Assembly (NCBI GenBank): GCA_051294905.1
Contig: CM119371.1
Location: 28,522,001-28,586,000, forward strand
Direction: 5' to 3'
DNA length: 64,000 nt
DNA from: Botryllus schlosseri
Taxonomy: Eukaryota
The notes under the pieces are model-generated. The model saw nothing but the letters and a program-made list of their open reading frames with translations, was not told the origin of the DNA and did not search any database. A program made the position numbers and the translations under genes. This document shows positions 14,934-25,993 of this stretch, piece after piece; position 1 is the first letter of the stretch; each line of letters starts with the position of its first letter.

Positions 14934-15266
14934 TGTAACAACCGGTTAAATTGTGAGGTAATTATGTCTCTGTAATTAGAACTCAGACGAGTAGTTTGTC
15001 CTTGCGTAGGCTGTAACTGTCTGGTACTTAACTCTGAGAAATTGTCCTCTTCGAACCGTTGCTATCGTGAACTCTTCAGACGGATATATGTTCAAAACAC
15101 AGTTTATTCTTCTACGTAATTCAGTAGGTTTAGCATGAAGTCTCATCTCGAATTTGCTATCGCACGAGTTTATAAATGCTCGATATTATCGTAATAGGAA
15201 ATTACGTCACGTGCGCATATAGCGTGGAATTGCACTGTTGATATACGCCCTAGACACACCGTCGCA
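14934..15266 (-). repeat. 3' LTR (333 bp)
   Basis: TGTAACAACCGG...CCGTCGCA; I count about 3 differences from the 22746..23079 copy. Confidence 0.95.
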
Positions 15267-15279
15267 CTGTCTCCATTTT
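15267..15279 (-). promoter_or_regulatory. Polypurine tract-like sequence (AAATGGAGACAG region)
   Basis: Purine-rich run directly upstream of the 3' LTR on the minus strand. Confidence 0.55.
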
Positions 15280-15862
15280 GAGGGAGCGGACATGCAATGA
15301 GCGGAAGTAAACAACAACACATAGGCGTAACAACAGTTCCTAAAGGCAATCAATACCACTTACTCATACAGTCCGAATACTAAGACTACGAGAGAGATGA
15401 ACACATTTTCTACATCTTTTATAATATACAAGTTAGCCTAGCAGATCACAACACAATTCCAGAGAAATACACTAGAATAAGTAATAGTAACCTAACACTA
15501 CACAACAATCTAGATTAACATACAAGAAAGGGTAGCCTAACAACTAACTACATTTAGCCTATACAATACAATACAACTCCAGATAACCAGAGCAAAATTG
15601 TTATTCAACACTACACTATTCGGATTAATACACTACAATAGGTAGCCTAATACAAAAAAAAATACACAATACGTCTCAGTAGGCTATGCTCAAGTGCAAT
15701 CACCAGCCACGTCTGAGAGGCTATCCAACTTTAACAACAGTCAATGACCACTCATATATACAATGTGGTCGTTACATACGGCAATTGTACTTCGCTAGTA
15801 CAATTAGATTGGATAGGGTCGACGTCTATCACAATCTACACTCTCGCGCGGTGCTCTCCGTT

Positions 15863-18800
15863 TTACTCCCCTGTGGCCGGGCGACTGCCTGTATTCTTCG
15901 GTGCGTCAGGACTTACTATGGACGGGGTTACCTTCTGAGGGCGCGGCAATGTTGGCGAATCGTGACGAGTCAGAACGGCATCAGGTTCTCGGTCATGTAC
16001 CATTGAGGTGGGGACGATTTGATCACCCCGGTTGGCGTCCGGCATAGATTGAAGCGGGAGCTGAGTTTCCTCGGTTATGGTTTCGTCGTGCTTTAAAAGC
16101 GGCTGCTCGGTATCGATATCGACTGTGTGCCGTCTCGTGCTTGCGTCAGAGTCATACTGATACTCGTCAGATAGTGCCCCAGAAGTGCCCGAATCGATCG
16201 ATCGCAATTCAATGTTCTGATCGGAGTTTTCGCCACGCGTCGTAGGAGGAGGAGTTGCACCGCGTCGAGTCGAATAGCGTTCGCGCAACGTGTTCACCGT
16301 GTCTGAAATAAACTTCACACCGGCAATACGATTGTCATGAAAGGACTTACGCATTACATTGCGTTTAGAACAAAATAATTTACAAGTTAAATACAATCCC
16401 CAGATCATAGCGTTCAATAGGATAAAAATCAAAATGTATTGGACAATTGGGCTCGTTACACTAGCCAGTACGTACAAGATACTGCCCCTAAAAGCATCGT
16501 AAACAATTTTAACTGGAAGTGACGGATCGGCTTCTACGTGAACACCGATTTTACTACGATTAGCTAAGTGGGAGGCTGATAATTCACGCAATTTATGAAC
16601 CAACAACATGCTATGGGACATGTGAGCCAACACGCTGTCATAATCCGTACCCAGCGAAGGGTCTATTTTACTGAAAATATCTAAAAACGTTTCAGTCAGA
16701 TTCACAGGATGTGTCGATTCTATAATCGTATCTATACCGTCATGCATTGAGAATTTAACCTCTCTTACTGACGCGTTCTGCGAAACTAGTAAGCCATTTC
16801 GATATTTAAAAAACGACTTCCCTACTTTAAAAATTTTTGTTGTATTTTTCGACCCGAGATCCAATGTAAGCGGACCCAAGTAGGCTGTACCATTGTCTAC
16901 GAGGGTGGCCATACGTGATAAGTTTTGCCCGAACTTCACAATCGGTCTCGCAGATAATCTCCCGTCTGGCAAGAACAAACTTTCCTGTACTACGACAGTC
17001 TGTCTAAAACATTGTTCAGCCTGAATTACATCGCCAGCTTGACGAAACCGTGGGCGCCCTTTGGTTGGTGTCAAGTATAACGCGGCGTTCGTATTTAACG
17101 GGAGCAGCGATTTTTGGATATTAAACATCTGGTGCTCAGCGTTACATTCAAATGCGTTTAAATTGGACACAAGACTCCGGTACCGAAAATCAGATTGATC
17201 TTTTACCTCTTGTAACGTCGCTAGTAGGAGACGTAAGCTAGGAGTGGTACGATTGAAACTTGCGGCCGGCTGTTCAATCGATAATCGTCGCATATCCCCA
17301 TCTTTACAACGTTTCGGCACGACATAAAATTCGTTGACTAAGCAGATGATAGACCTCCCTCGGATACACCTTGTGGTCTCCGATGTACAAGATCGTCTGG
17401 ATCTGAAACTTAGTCCCAGTGACGTCATCTCAATTCTTGTCGCATATGGATAACGCTGTCCATAATGAATTACAACTGGGCTGTTCCTTCTTATCAACAC
17501 AGTCGGGCAACTATATCTAGATATTGCACCAGAATTCCATACTACCGTGGCTAATTGGTTACTACAATGCCCTTTAGTGGGGGCACAATTTGACAAATCA
17601 GTCTGGTCGGATCTCAAGGCTATGTTCAGGGTGTCATATGCGATATCTAAATTATGAACGATCAAATTTCGCAGATACCCTTCATTTGAAGTTGGCCATG
17701 TCCAATCTACGTGCAATGAATTATTGGTAGCGTACAAGCCTTCTCCCATTGATTCCAGATTTCCGTATTGTGACAATTTAGTAACGATGGCATGCTGACA
17801 TTCCGCCAATGGAATCTGGTAACGAACTTCCTCCGATACCTCTTGGCTGTAAGTACCAAAAAAGAAGTAGTGAGATTTCCACTGTCTCTCCGTGACATAG
17901 CACATTTGTCCTTGGAAATGATGAAAGCGGTTACGCAAAGCATAAATGTCAGCTGTGCATTTTTCTGAACGAGTCACGGGGTTAGTTACACACTCATCAG
18001 GCGGGGTAATTTCGATAAACTCAGAAACAGCATTCTTTGTACAAACTTCAATGTCTATACACTGTAAAAAATAAAAACCTCGATTTACCGCGAAATGTTT
18101 GGAAGCACGGTAGCCAGACATTTCGTGGTAATCTAACATAACCGTTAGTCAATGTAAATTCAACTTACCCTCGTCCGGTAATCTCACTTTACACGCCAGA
18201 CTGTAATGTTACAGTCACCTCCGGTATATCTAATCTACATGTTCTCCTGTACATTTGCGATCGAGACTGTCATTTTACCGCCTACCTACCTACATGCTGT
18301 CCCTGTAAATCAGGATTACATACCAGCTTGTAAATTCACGTACATCCATACCTATCGCAAAGCAAGCCGATGCAAAAATATCGTAACATTTTCTTCACAT
18401 TTCCAAAACGACATTGGAACAAACAGTATATTCATTCATGATATCACGATGAAGTGGTTATCGATGGAAAAATATTGCTGCTGGAGGTCTAATTCTTCTT
18501 TAGGAGACATGCAGTAACACGAGTGGTCTCAAGAAAACGTGACTTAATTCCACCACCGGCCAAACTTCCAATTGTTCCTTTTTCTCGTTCTCATTCCTTC
18601 TGTGTAAGTAGTATCTTGCAGTTCCACTAAAAAGAATTCATGCGTAAGTCGCTAGATAAAGCAAAGTTCCTAACCTGAACAGTGGACATGACATTATAAA
18701 GACTAAGACAAATAGGCTAACAAAAATATAACATGTTATGAAGTACCGGTACTGGCACATTGTGTGATAACGGCTCCGCCTTTTACATGACATAGCAGAG

Positions 18801-20196
18801 ATTCATGACTTTATCTCTGTATTGAAGCAAAAGGTTCCTAATTTAAGGTGGCATGTGTGGCAAACAAATCCAGCAGCGGATGAAAACATATCTATGCTAT
18901 GGCCCGAAAATGACATTACCAAGCCAACAGTTTCAACCCCTCCGCAGCGGAGTATGTGGTCACTATATAAGTCGACAAATATACCAAAATAGAACAGAGA
19001 ATGCGGCGAATGAAATATATCAATCATGAAATCTAAGTCGTCGAGGGCTGGTGTGCAGAGTCAAATATTCACGGTAACAAATACTATGTAGTACTGTATT
19101 ACCTTTTAAGATGCGTATTCCATTCAGCATTCCTAGGAATTTTTAACGATCGTGTCCACTTTCTTCAAGCACAACAAGCTTCGTTCCACCCTTTGCTCAA
19201 ATCTCACTAATGGCCAATGGCCAGACGACACTCGAACGATTTCGAAATAAATGGTATTCATCCGCTGACACATGACACCAATAATATTTACTGGCCACGT
19301 TATAATGTCTGATCTGGGTCGTTTTTTCCATACAGAAACATTTATCATTGCATGTAGTCCCTTTTTTCATCTAATTTCGTATAAATTGATGTATATTCCA
19401 TGTGTTGTTCACTACTTACTGTACTTACCTAACCAGACGCTGATTGTGATGTCACAGTTGTGCGTTGGTTGTTTACTACGAATCTCAGAAAAAGCAGTCA
19501 CCTGTAACCTATTACAGGTCGCCTTATCCGCCATTAACAAATGGTTAGCTGAGCAAGCGGTGCTGATATTTCTAGTTTCCCCGAGCAATATTACACATCC
19601 TGAACTAATTTTCTAACTTATCAGCCTTATCCGTGACAACGAATGTAACCAGCGAGACTGGCCGTACAGCCATTGCCTTATAATATAATATGGCTACGGT
19701 GTACCACATTTGCTACGATTGTCAGTTATTTCTTGTACCCTACTAAGCTTAAATTGATACTAGGGCCAACAATTTCGGTATGACAGACCCCAGTCTCGAA
19801 AACGAGTTCAATCAGGTCAAATCACCTCTAGAATGATATATCAGTAACATTCAGTTCTACGTATACATTGGCTGCAGCGATTTTGAAGCTAATCAATTTT
19901 GCCAATAGCCCGGTAAGCTGCAGTAACGAGTAACTGTCAGTAATTTTGCGAAGAAATTCTGGTAACTTACTTTACAGCTATATTAAGGTAATATTACATA
20001 TCAAAATGTAAAATGACAAGCTACGCACAGTAATTGGCTGCGACCGGCAATTCGTGGTAAAATTTACAGAGATTTCCCAGTAAATCTACCAGATTTTTTA
20101 CAGTGTAGTAATGTCCGTGCTATTCCTTACGGTCCCTTGAATCAACGTCACAGTCGACAGCACAATCGCCAGAAACTGAATTGACGGATACCCCAT
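15863..20196 (-). CDS. env: Envelope glycoprotein, class III fusogen-like, ~761 aa, join(20196..20108,18059..15863); interrupted by the CACTG element
   Basis: The reconstructed N-terminus MGYPSIQFLAIVLSTVTLIQG looks like a signal peptide. The ectodomain is Cys-rich with many NxS/T sites and RSRR. A TM segment (IVQYILIFILLNAMIWGLYLTC) precedes a long tail. GDVIQAEQC...SARPIVKF...FKVGKSFFKY resembles herpes gB domain IV. Confidence 0.8.
18060..20105. mobile_element. Non-autonomous CACTG-terminated (EnSpm/CACTA-like) DNA transposon inserted in env
   Basis: 13-bp TIR CACTGTAAAAAAT; TA duplication at 18058-18059 and 20106-20107; subterminal GGTAA/TTACC repeats; excision restores the env frame. 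Confidence 0.9.
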
Positions 20197-20875
20197 AATC
20201 TTTCAGCCACTTCGGTTTTCTGACAGCACGTCCTAATCTCGTGTGAACCGGAGTAACTATATCGTTTCTGGAAGTAGAAATTGGCAGATTATTATTCGAT
20301 ACCTCCTGACTGGACGGCGTGGTCGCCGGACTGCCATTGTGCGTATTTCCTATAACGCTCGTAGCCACTGTATTCTCTGCCAGCTCAATCTGATCTGAAG
20401 GAAATAGCTCGACACAATCATTATGATGGAGATGCTGTTTCCCAGTTATCGCGCTCTCCACGTGTTTCCCTTCATCGCGCCTTTCGTGGGAACCGGATAT
20501 CACTTGCTTGTTCGGTGCTGGCGGCAAAAAATCTGAGATGCCGTCTCCTTCGTAAAATGCGACCTTCACGTTGGCCAAAGACACCAGTATTATAAGCAAA
20601 TATAATACCAAGATAAAAGCTGCCCCAATGAAGTCACGGGGTACCTTAGCTTTGTCAAACAGAAATGAAAAATCAAAATCAGAGCCAAAATTCATTGGAA
20701 GAATGTCAACTTCCCTAAGGCAACGTTCACTGCTAAATTCAACCAGTGAAACACATTCTGTAGACAAGTCGCAACGAAACCAAGGAAGTGAACCTTTGAA
20801 CGAAGTCGGGTATTCGAGTTTTACTTCATTTATTGCAGGAATATTTTCAAACTCGTCAACCCCTAATGAAAATTT
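20120..20875 (-). CDS. Short pol-position ORF reached by -1 frameshift; retains an integrase-like C-terminal tail but no PR/RT/RH/IN core
   Basis: A_AAT_TTT heptamer at 20875-20869 lies just before the gag stop, and the -1 frame stays open into the 215-aa ORF. VSLANVKVAF resembles VSIDRLKPAF and RLGRAVRKPKWLKDY resembles Gypsy IN tails. There is a hydrophobic stretch FIGAAFILVLYLLIILV. Confidence 0.65.
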   Translation of the reverse strand, partial: KFSLGVDEFENIPAINEVKLEYPTSFKGSLPWFRCDLSTECVSLVEFSSERCLREVDILPMNFGSDFDFSFLFDKAKVPRDFIGAAFILVLYLLIILVSLANVKVAFYEGDGISDFLPPAPNKQVISGSHERRDEGKHVESAITGKQHLHHNDCVELFPSDQIELAENTVATSVIGNTHNGSPATTPSSQEVSNNNLPISTSRNDIVTPVHTRLGRAVRKPKWLKDYGVSVNSVSGDCAVDCDVDSRDRKE

Positions 20876-22508
20876 TGACTCGTGGTAGACGCGTCAGATG
20901 CGCCATGGTCCTTTTCCCAGGTACATGGGGCCGTGCATTTAGTGGCTTTTCGACCGTATCGAAAATGAAACCAACAATAAGGGTGTTCAACCTTGGATTT
21001 CTTGTCCCCTGCCCCCGAGCCATTAATTTTATTCGGCGTCTTACTGTCCTTGTAACGCGCATTGTACTGATTACCGTTCACTATCAAACCTTCACGGAAT
21101 TCCGACCGTAGCTCATCAAACATTTTACGGATACCCTCGGAATGATCACATTTATTTCTAGGCTCCCAGGCGTGCTTGTTCAATGCATTAACACGATCCG
21201 ACGCTACAAAGTCTGGAGCCAATGGTGAAAGATTTGAATGCACTGTATTGACATAGCCTGTGCTTGTCGGAAAACTCTCATCCGCGCGCTGAGCAATCGA
21301 CAATAATTCGTGTTTATCAATGTCTGCGCCTAGAGCCACTAGCGATGGCCTCAACCGAAGATCCAACAATTGGACGAAAATAGATCGCCACGACCGTCTG
21401 GTTGCCTCACTGTCAAGGTGACCAGAATGATATTCGTTGCTATAGTCGAATGCTTGCTCAGGTGTCCACCCCCCTTGCTTAGCCAGAGCCATAATGGCTG
21501 CAAAATTATTGGCTAATTTCTTCGAATTTGGCATATAACGTTGAAGCAAAGCACTCTTGGCATTTTCGTAACTATTAACGGTTTTGGTGTCCAGTCTACC
21601 GTTGAAGGTCTGCTTTATAATGTCTTGACCGATATTGAGCATAACAAACGTCGTACGCGCTTGATTAGAAGTTATCCGAAACGCATCGAACATTAATTCC
21701 GCTTGGGCAAAGAATTGCTCTGGAAAACGCGTCTCGAATGTGACTTTTTTGAATTTGTTCACAACTTGGTACATTTGACGCTGTAATTCCTGATCATGTT
21801 GTGACAAGGGCATCGGTTCAAAATCCCTATTCTGTTGCGGTAACATAACGGCGTTATTCGAAATTTGCGGTTGCGCTTGACTAGGCCCCACCGTCGCGAC
21901 GCTATGCTATGTACCGGAAATTGTTCGTGAACCACATTCTGCTGCGTTATATGCGGCGCGGCGTCTAATCTCGAACCCGCGACATGTTCTGCGAAACGTT
22001 GGTCAATTCTTGTATCAAGAACGGCATTCTGGCCTATCTCCCTCGCCGGATTGCGTGTTTGACGTGCCGACGGCGCTATCTGCCTGTACGGTCTCCTCTG
22101 AGTTATATTAGTCAAATCTCCCAATACATTCGGTGGCGGAATAGCTATGTCACTTAATACCACACGATTAGCCGCTTCTCTATCTCGACTTGGAAGAATG
22201 CCATTATTCAAATCAATCTCATATTCGGTATCGTAACTCGACCTTGAGGAATCCCCCGGGCCAGTACCACCTATCGGAGCTTCGGCGTGACCCGACAATA
22301 CAGACGCACTATCTGTTTCTGGCTGTTTAGAACGAGCCCCGCCGTGAATCTCTGATTTATTTTCATTTTTTAAGCCCATAGGGCCAGCATCTTCACTCTG
22401 AACAGAATTACCGGGTACCACAGTTTCCTGTGGAACATTTTTGGCGTCACTGACATCATCGTGAGGAGGGTCCTCATCAAGCTTTATTTTCGTATCTGCG
22501 CTAGCCAT
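20863..22508 (-). pseudogene. gag: Gag (CsRn1-clade type), split into ORFs 21759..22526 and 20863..21891 by a 5-bp duplication
   Basis: Capsid-like FPEQFFAQAELMFDAFRITS; nucleocapsid CWFHFRYGRKATKCTAPC fits C-X2-H-X9-C-X3-C (CHCC). Deleting one GCTAT copy at 21901-21910 fuses both ORFs into about 546 aa. Confidence 0.85.
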
Positions 22509-22728
22509 CTTAGGATTGTATAACACACTGGTCTACACAGATAATGAATCATACACAATAACAACAAAATAAGCACACAATAATTACATAGCATGCACAA
22601 TCAACTAGGGACTGCCGTGTGAAGTCTATATACCAGAACGGAATAAGAACACGTTACCTGAGTTGCGAAGTTATGCGTATCTTGATGGCAATACGTATAG
22701 AGTCTGTGCTGATGATATATCCAAATAA

Positions 22729-22745
22729 TCTCGTTCAAGGCACCA
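22729..22745 (-). promoter_or_regulatory. Primer-binding site (TGGTGCCTTGAACGAGA)
   Basis: TGG immediately after the 5' LTR, complementary to a tRNA CCA end; the cognate tRNA is not identified. Confidence 0.7.
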
Positions 22746-23079
22746 TGTAACAACCGGTTTAATTTGTGAGGTAATTATGTCTCTGTAATTAGAACTCAGA
22801 CGAGTAGTTTGTCCTTGCGTAGGCTGTAACTGTCTGGTACTTAACTCTGAGAAATTGTCCTCTTCGAACCGTTGCTATCGTGAACTCTTCAGACGGATAT
22901 ATGTTCAAAACACAGTTTATTCTTCTACGTAATTCAGTAGGTTTAGCATGAAGTCTCATCTCGAATTTGCTATCGCACGAGTTTATAATTGCTCGATATT
23001 ATCGTAATAGGAAATTACGTCACGTGCGCATATAGCGTGGAATTGCACTGTTGATATACGCCCTAGACACACCGTCGCA
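22746..23079 (-). repeat. 5' LTR (334 bp)
   Basis: Direct repeat of 14934..15266; followed on the minus strand by a PBS starting TGG. Confidence 0.95.
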
Positions 23080-23200
23080 GCACTAAAACGAAACTCGTTT
23101 TGTCAGCTACCATGCGAATCAAAATATATAGTCAAGGTAACCCACCACTCTGTAGTGCTTAAGCAATGATGAAGAGTACAGAATGGAATCAATTCCTCAC

Positions 23201-23425
23201 CTTTCAACAAATCAGATGACGCGAATGAAGTTCACAAATCTTTAAACTGTCTTTTTTGTACAATTGATCCAGCCACGGATCTTGTCGCATGCTCCTTATA
23301 AATTTCACAAGGTTTTCTGCCCATTCATATTTGGCACCAGTGCAAAAAAGTTTTGCTGGAACTTTAAACAAATGCGCATTGGCAGAGGTTTTAGCATACC
23401 CTGGTATGCAACACTATCTTCCCAT
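23201..23425 (-). pseudogene. THAP zinc-finger exon of the same P-element transposase
   Basis: My translation from the ATG at 23425 is MGR*CCIPGYAKTSANAHLFKVP...YEWAENLV...LKICELH, the C2CH THAP pattern. It ends at an AAG|GTGAG donor. The ORF track misses it because of an in-frame stop. Confidence 0.8.
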
Positions 23426-23937
23426 TCGGACGCAACCAACTATTCATCAATCAACTATTAGTGAGAAAAATAGTTATAAATATTATAGCAGCCTTCAATA
23501 AAATTGCTTTCTGTTGAATGGGTCTCATCGAATTTTCAGCTTGGCTACCCACCAGCTATAAGATTACTCACACAAGCATCTTAATCTGTTTCGCTTTCAC
23601 GATATCAGATGCGTAATTGATGCTTACAAATGTTCGAATCTCAATCTGTCTTAATTTTCCAAGCTTTTTCACGCTCATCCACAGATGCAAAAACCTGAGC
23701 AGCTAGTCAGTACCTGAATATTGCGCATTGGCGGAAGTTTGATTTGACCTTAGTATGCAGTACTGTCTCACTATGCTCGCAAAACCTGTTAACAATCAAC
23801 CAACATACGAAAAACAGTGGAATATCTGCCAGAAAAGGTGATAGCAGTACTCCACCACGGTCAACATTACTCAATGAAGTGTACGCAGTCAACCGTATCG
23901 GCGCACACGCTGATTTCGGCGGGAGTAAACCTTACAG

Positions 23938-25357
23938 CATAGTGTCCTATATGGTGTCGACACAGCAAATCTCACGGTTCAATGAAATTGTATCACGTCA
24001 CAATTTCCATTTGGCTACAGGCAATTTGACGGTTATCTTTGACCGGCTTGCCGAGCAATAAATTTGATGAATCGGGTATCAATCGAAAGCTGACTCTGCA
24101 CTGATTACGAAAATATAAATTTCATTCCACTCATGGCCCTGGAACCCCCACAATCAGCCCCAAATTATTCATTGTTGAGTAGATTGGCAGTGTGACGCAA
24201 CAATGCTGTCTGGCGAAACGAGAGAGAAACTCAAGAGCAAGGATGCGGCCGAGCGGCGAGAGTGGGATCAGCTGACGTCGCGGCAATAGCTATGTGCAAT
24301 TGTGCAATCGCGTCGCAGAGAAACGCTGCGCTGTTGATACTTTTTCTATTTGGTTCGGTACAAGCGAGCACGCCTTATCAGCCATTCCTTGACTTTTAAG
24401 GGTAGAACTGGGTCCACAGAATGTATTTGGTCCCTACCAATTTTCGCGCAATATCCTTCAGCTGAAAGAGATATGTAGGCTACGTCTAAGTAGTCTACAT
24501 TGGATATGTCAGATTATTATGATATCGATTGCCTCAGCCCGCTAGTTGCGTAGGGCTCCAGAGACGCGTGGCGCTGTTGATACTTTCTATTGGCGCTTCG
24601 CTAAAAGCGAGCACACGTTACCAGCCTTTCCTTGATTTGTAAGGGTAGAACTGGGTCCACAGAATGTATTTGGTCCCTACCAATTTTCGCGCAATATCCT
24701 TCAGCTGAAAGAGATATGTAGGCTACGTCTAAGTAGTCTACATTGGATATGTCAGATTATTATGATATCGATTACCTTAGCCCGGTTGTTGCGTATGGCT
24801 CCAGAGATGCGTGGCGCTGTTGATACTTTCTATAGGCGCTTCGCTAAAAGCGAGCACACATTACCAGCCTTTCCTTGATTTGTAAAGGTAGAACTAGGTC
24901 CACAGAATGTATTTGGGACCTACGAATTTCTCTGCAATATCCTTCAACTTATGGAGGTTTTTCCGTCTAAGTATAGCTAGGATAGTTATCTATAATTGCA
25001 CATAGCTATTGCCGCGACGTCAGCTGATCTCACTCTCGCCGCTCGACCGCATCCTTGCTCTTGAGTTTCTCTCTCGTTTCACCAGACAGCATTGTTGCGT
25101 CACACTGCCAATCTACTCAACAATGAATGATTTGGGGCTGATTGTGGGGGTTCCAGGGCCATGACTGGAATAAATTTTTTATTTACGTAATCAGTACAGA
25201 GTTAGCTTTCGATTGATACCCGATTCATCAAATTTATTGCTCGGCAAGCCGGTCAAAAATGACCGTCAAATTGCCTGTAGCCAAATGGAAATTGTGACGT
25301 GATACAATTTCATTGAACCGTGAGATTTGCTGTGTCGACACCATATAGGACACTATG
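23938..25357. mobile_element. P-like MITE/foldback with ~365-bp TIRs and internal ~243-bp tandem repeats
   Basis: Ends CATAGTGTCCTATATGG...CCATATAGGACACTATG; 7-bp TSD CTTACAG at 23931-23937 and 25358-25364. Confidence 0.9.
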
Positions 25358-25993
25358 CTTACAGCGTTAGGGGGCGTGGCAGTTTCCAATCATTGTATAT
25401 ATATCATTGGGTGTGCCATGAAAAATCATCTCGCGTGCCAAATATGGCACGCTGCCTGCCGGGGTTTAGCGACCCCTGTGCTAGAGAAAGAAGTGGAAAG
25501 ATATTTCGCAACAGAGCGTGACATCATGGACTGTGTTTTTCTGAGATACCGAAAATGAGAAAATTGTTATGCTCAGCTCAAGGCTGATGTTAGAGTACTC
25601 GCAGGGATGACTGCAACATCAGTTCCATTTTATAGATGTTTTCAGCCATTCAGGAGAACTCGATACGAGCTGAAAATATTCCTTTGTCTTTCTCATTCGG
25701 AATTTCATTCAATTGCCAAGTTTTTGCAAATTCGGTAAGTATAATTTCATTAAAAGTAACTGTTTAAGTCTTATCTAATTTAGAGAAATGTTATGCTCTA
25801 ATTCGAATGTAATTAAAAACAAACTGTGTAGCTTAATTCTATTTACTCGCGGAAAAGCTTAAAATTTCATATTCGTCAAGTATGGCCAAGGCGTTTGCTC
25901 GTTATTATATTGCAGGGAGTTCCTGATCGTCCAACCATGAATTTCATATCCCTTGTATTTATCGCAACGTGTTCTGGCAATCGATACTACATC

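Larger units (their letters stand above)
14934..23079 (-). mobile_element. Envelope-bearing Ty3/Gypsy (CsRn1-like) LTR element lacking pol enzymes
   Basis: Two TG...CA LTRs, 4-bp TSD GCAC (14930-14933, 23080-23083), PBS and PPT, and gag, a pol remnant and env on the minus strand. Confidence 0.95.
12164..25409 (-). mobile_element. P-element superfamily (THAP) DNA transposon, decayed, hosting nested insertions
   Basis: 29-bp perfect TIR CAATGATATATATACAATGATTGGAAACT at both ends; 8-bp TSD GGTGTGCC at 12156-12163 and 25410-25417; THAP and P-transposase remnants inside. About 3.7 kb remains after subtracting the nested elements. Confidence 0.93.

Noticed and set aside
18060..18139. Track start of the 758-aa env ORF (MLDYHEMSG...)
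   Set aside because: It lies inside the CACTG transposon end; the native start is ATG 20196.
18140..20105. Possible missing pol between gag and env
   Set aside because: The interval is bounded by CACTG TIRs and a TA duplication, and shows no RT, RNase H or integrase motifs in the ORF track.
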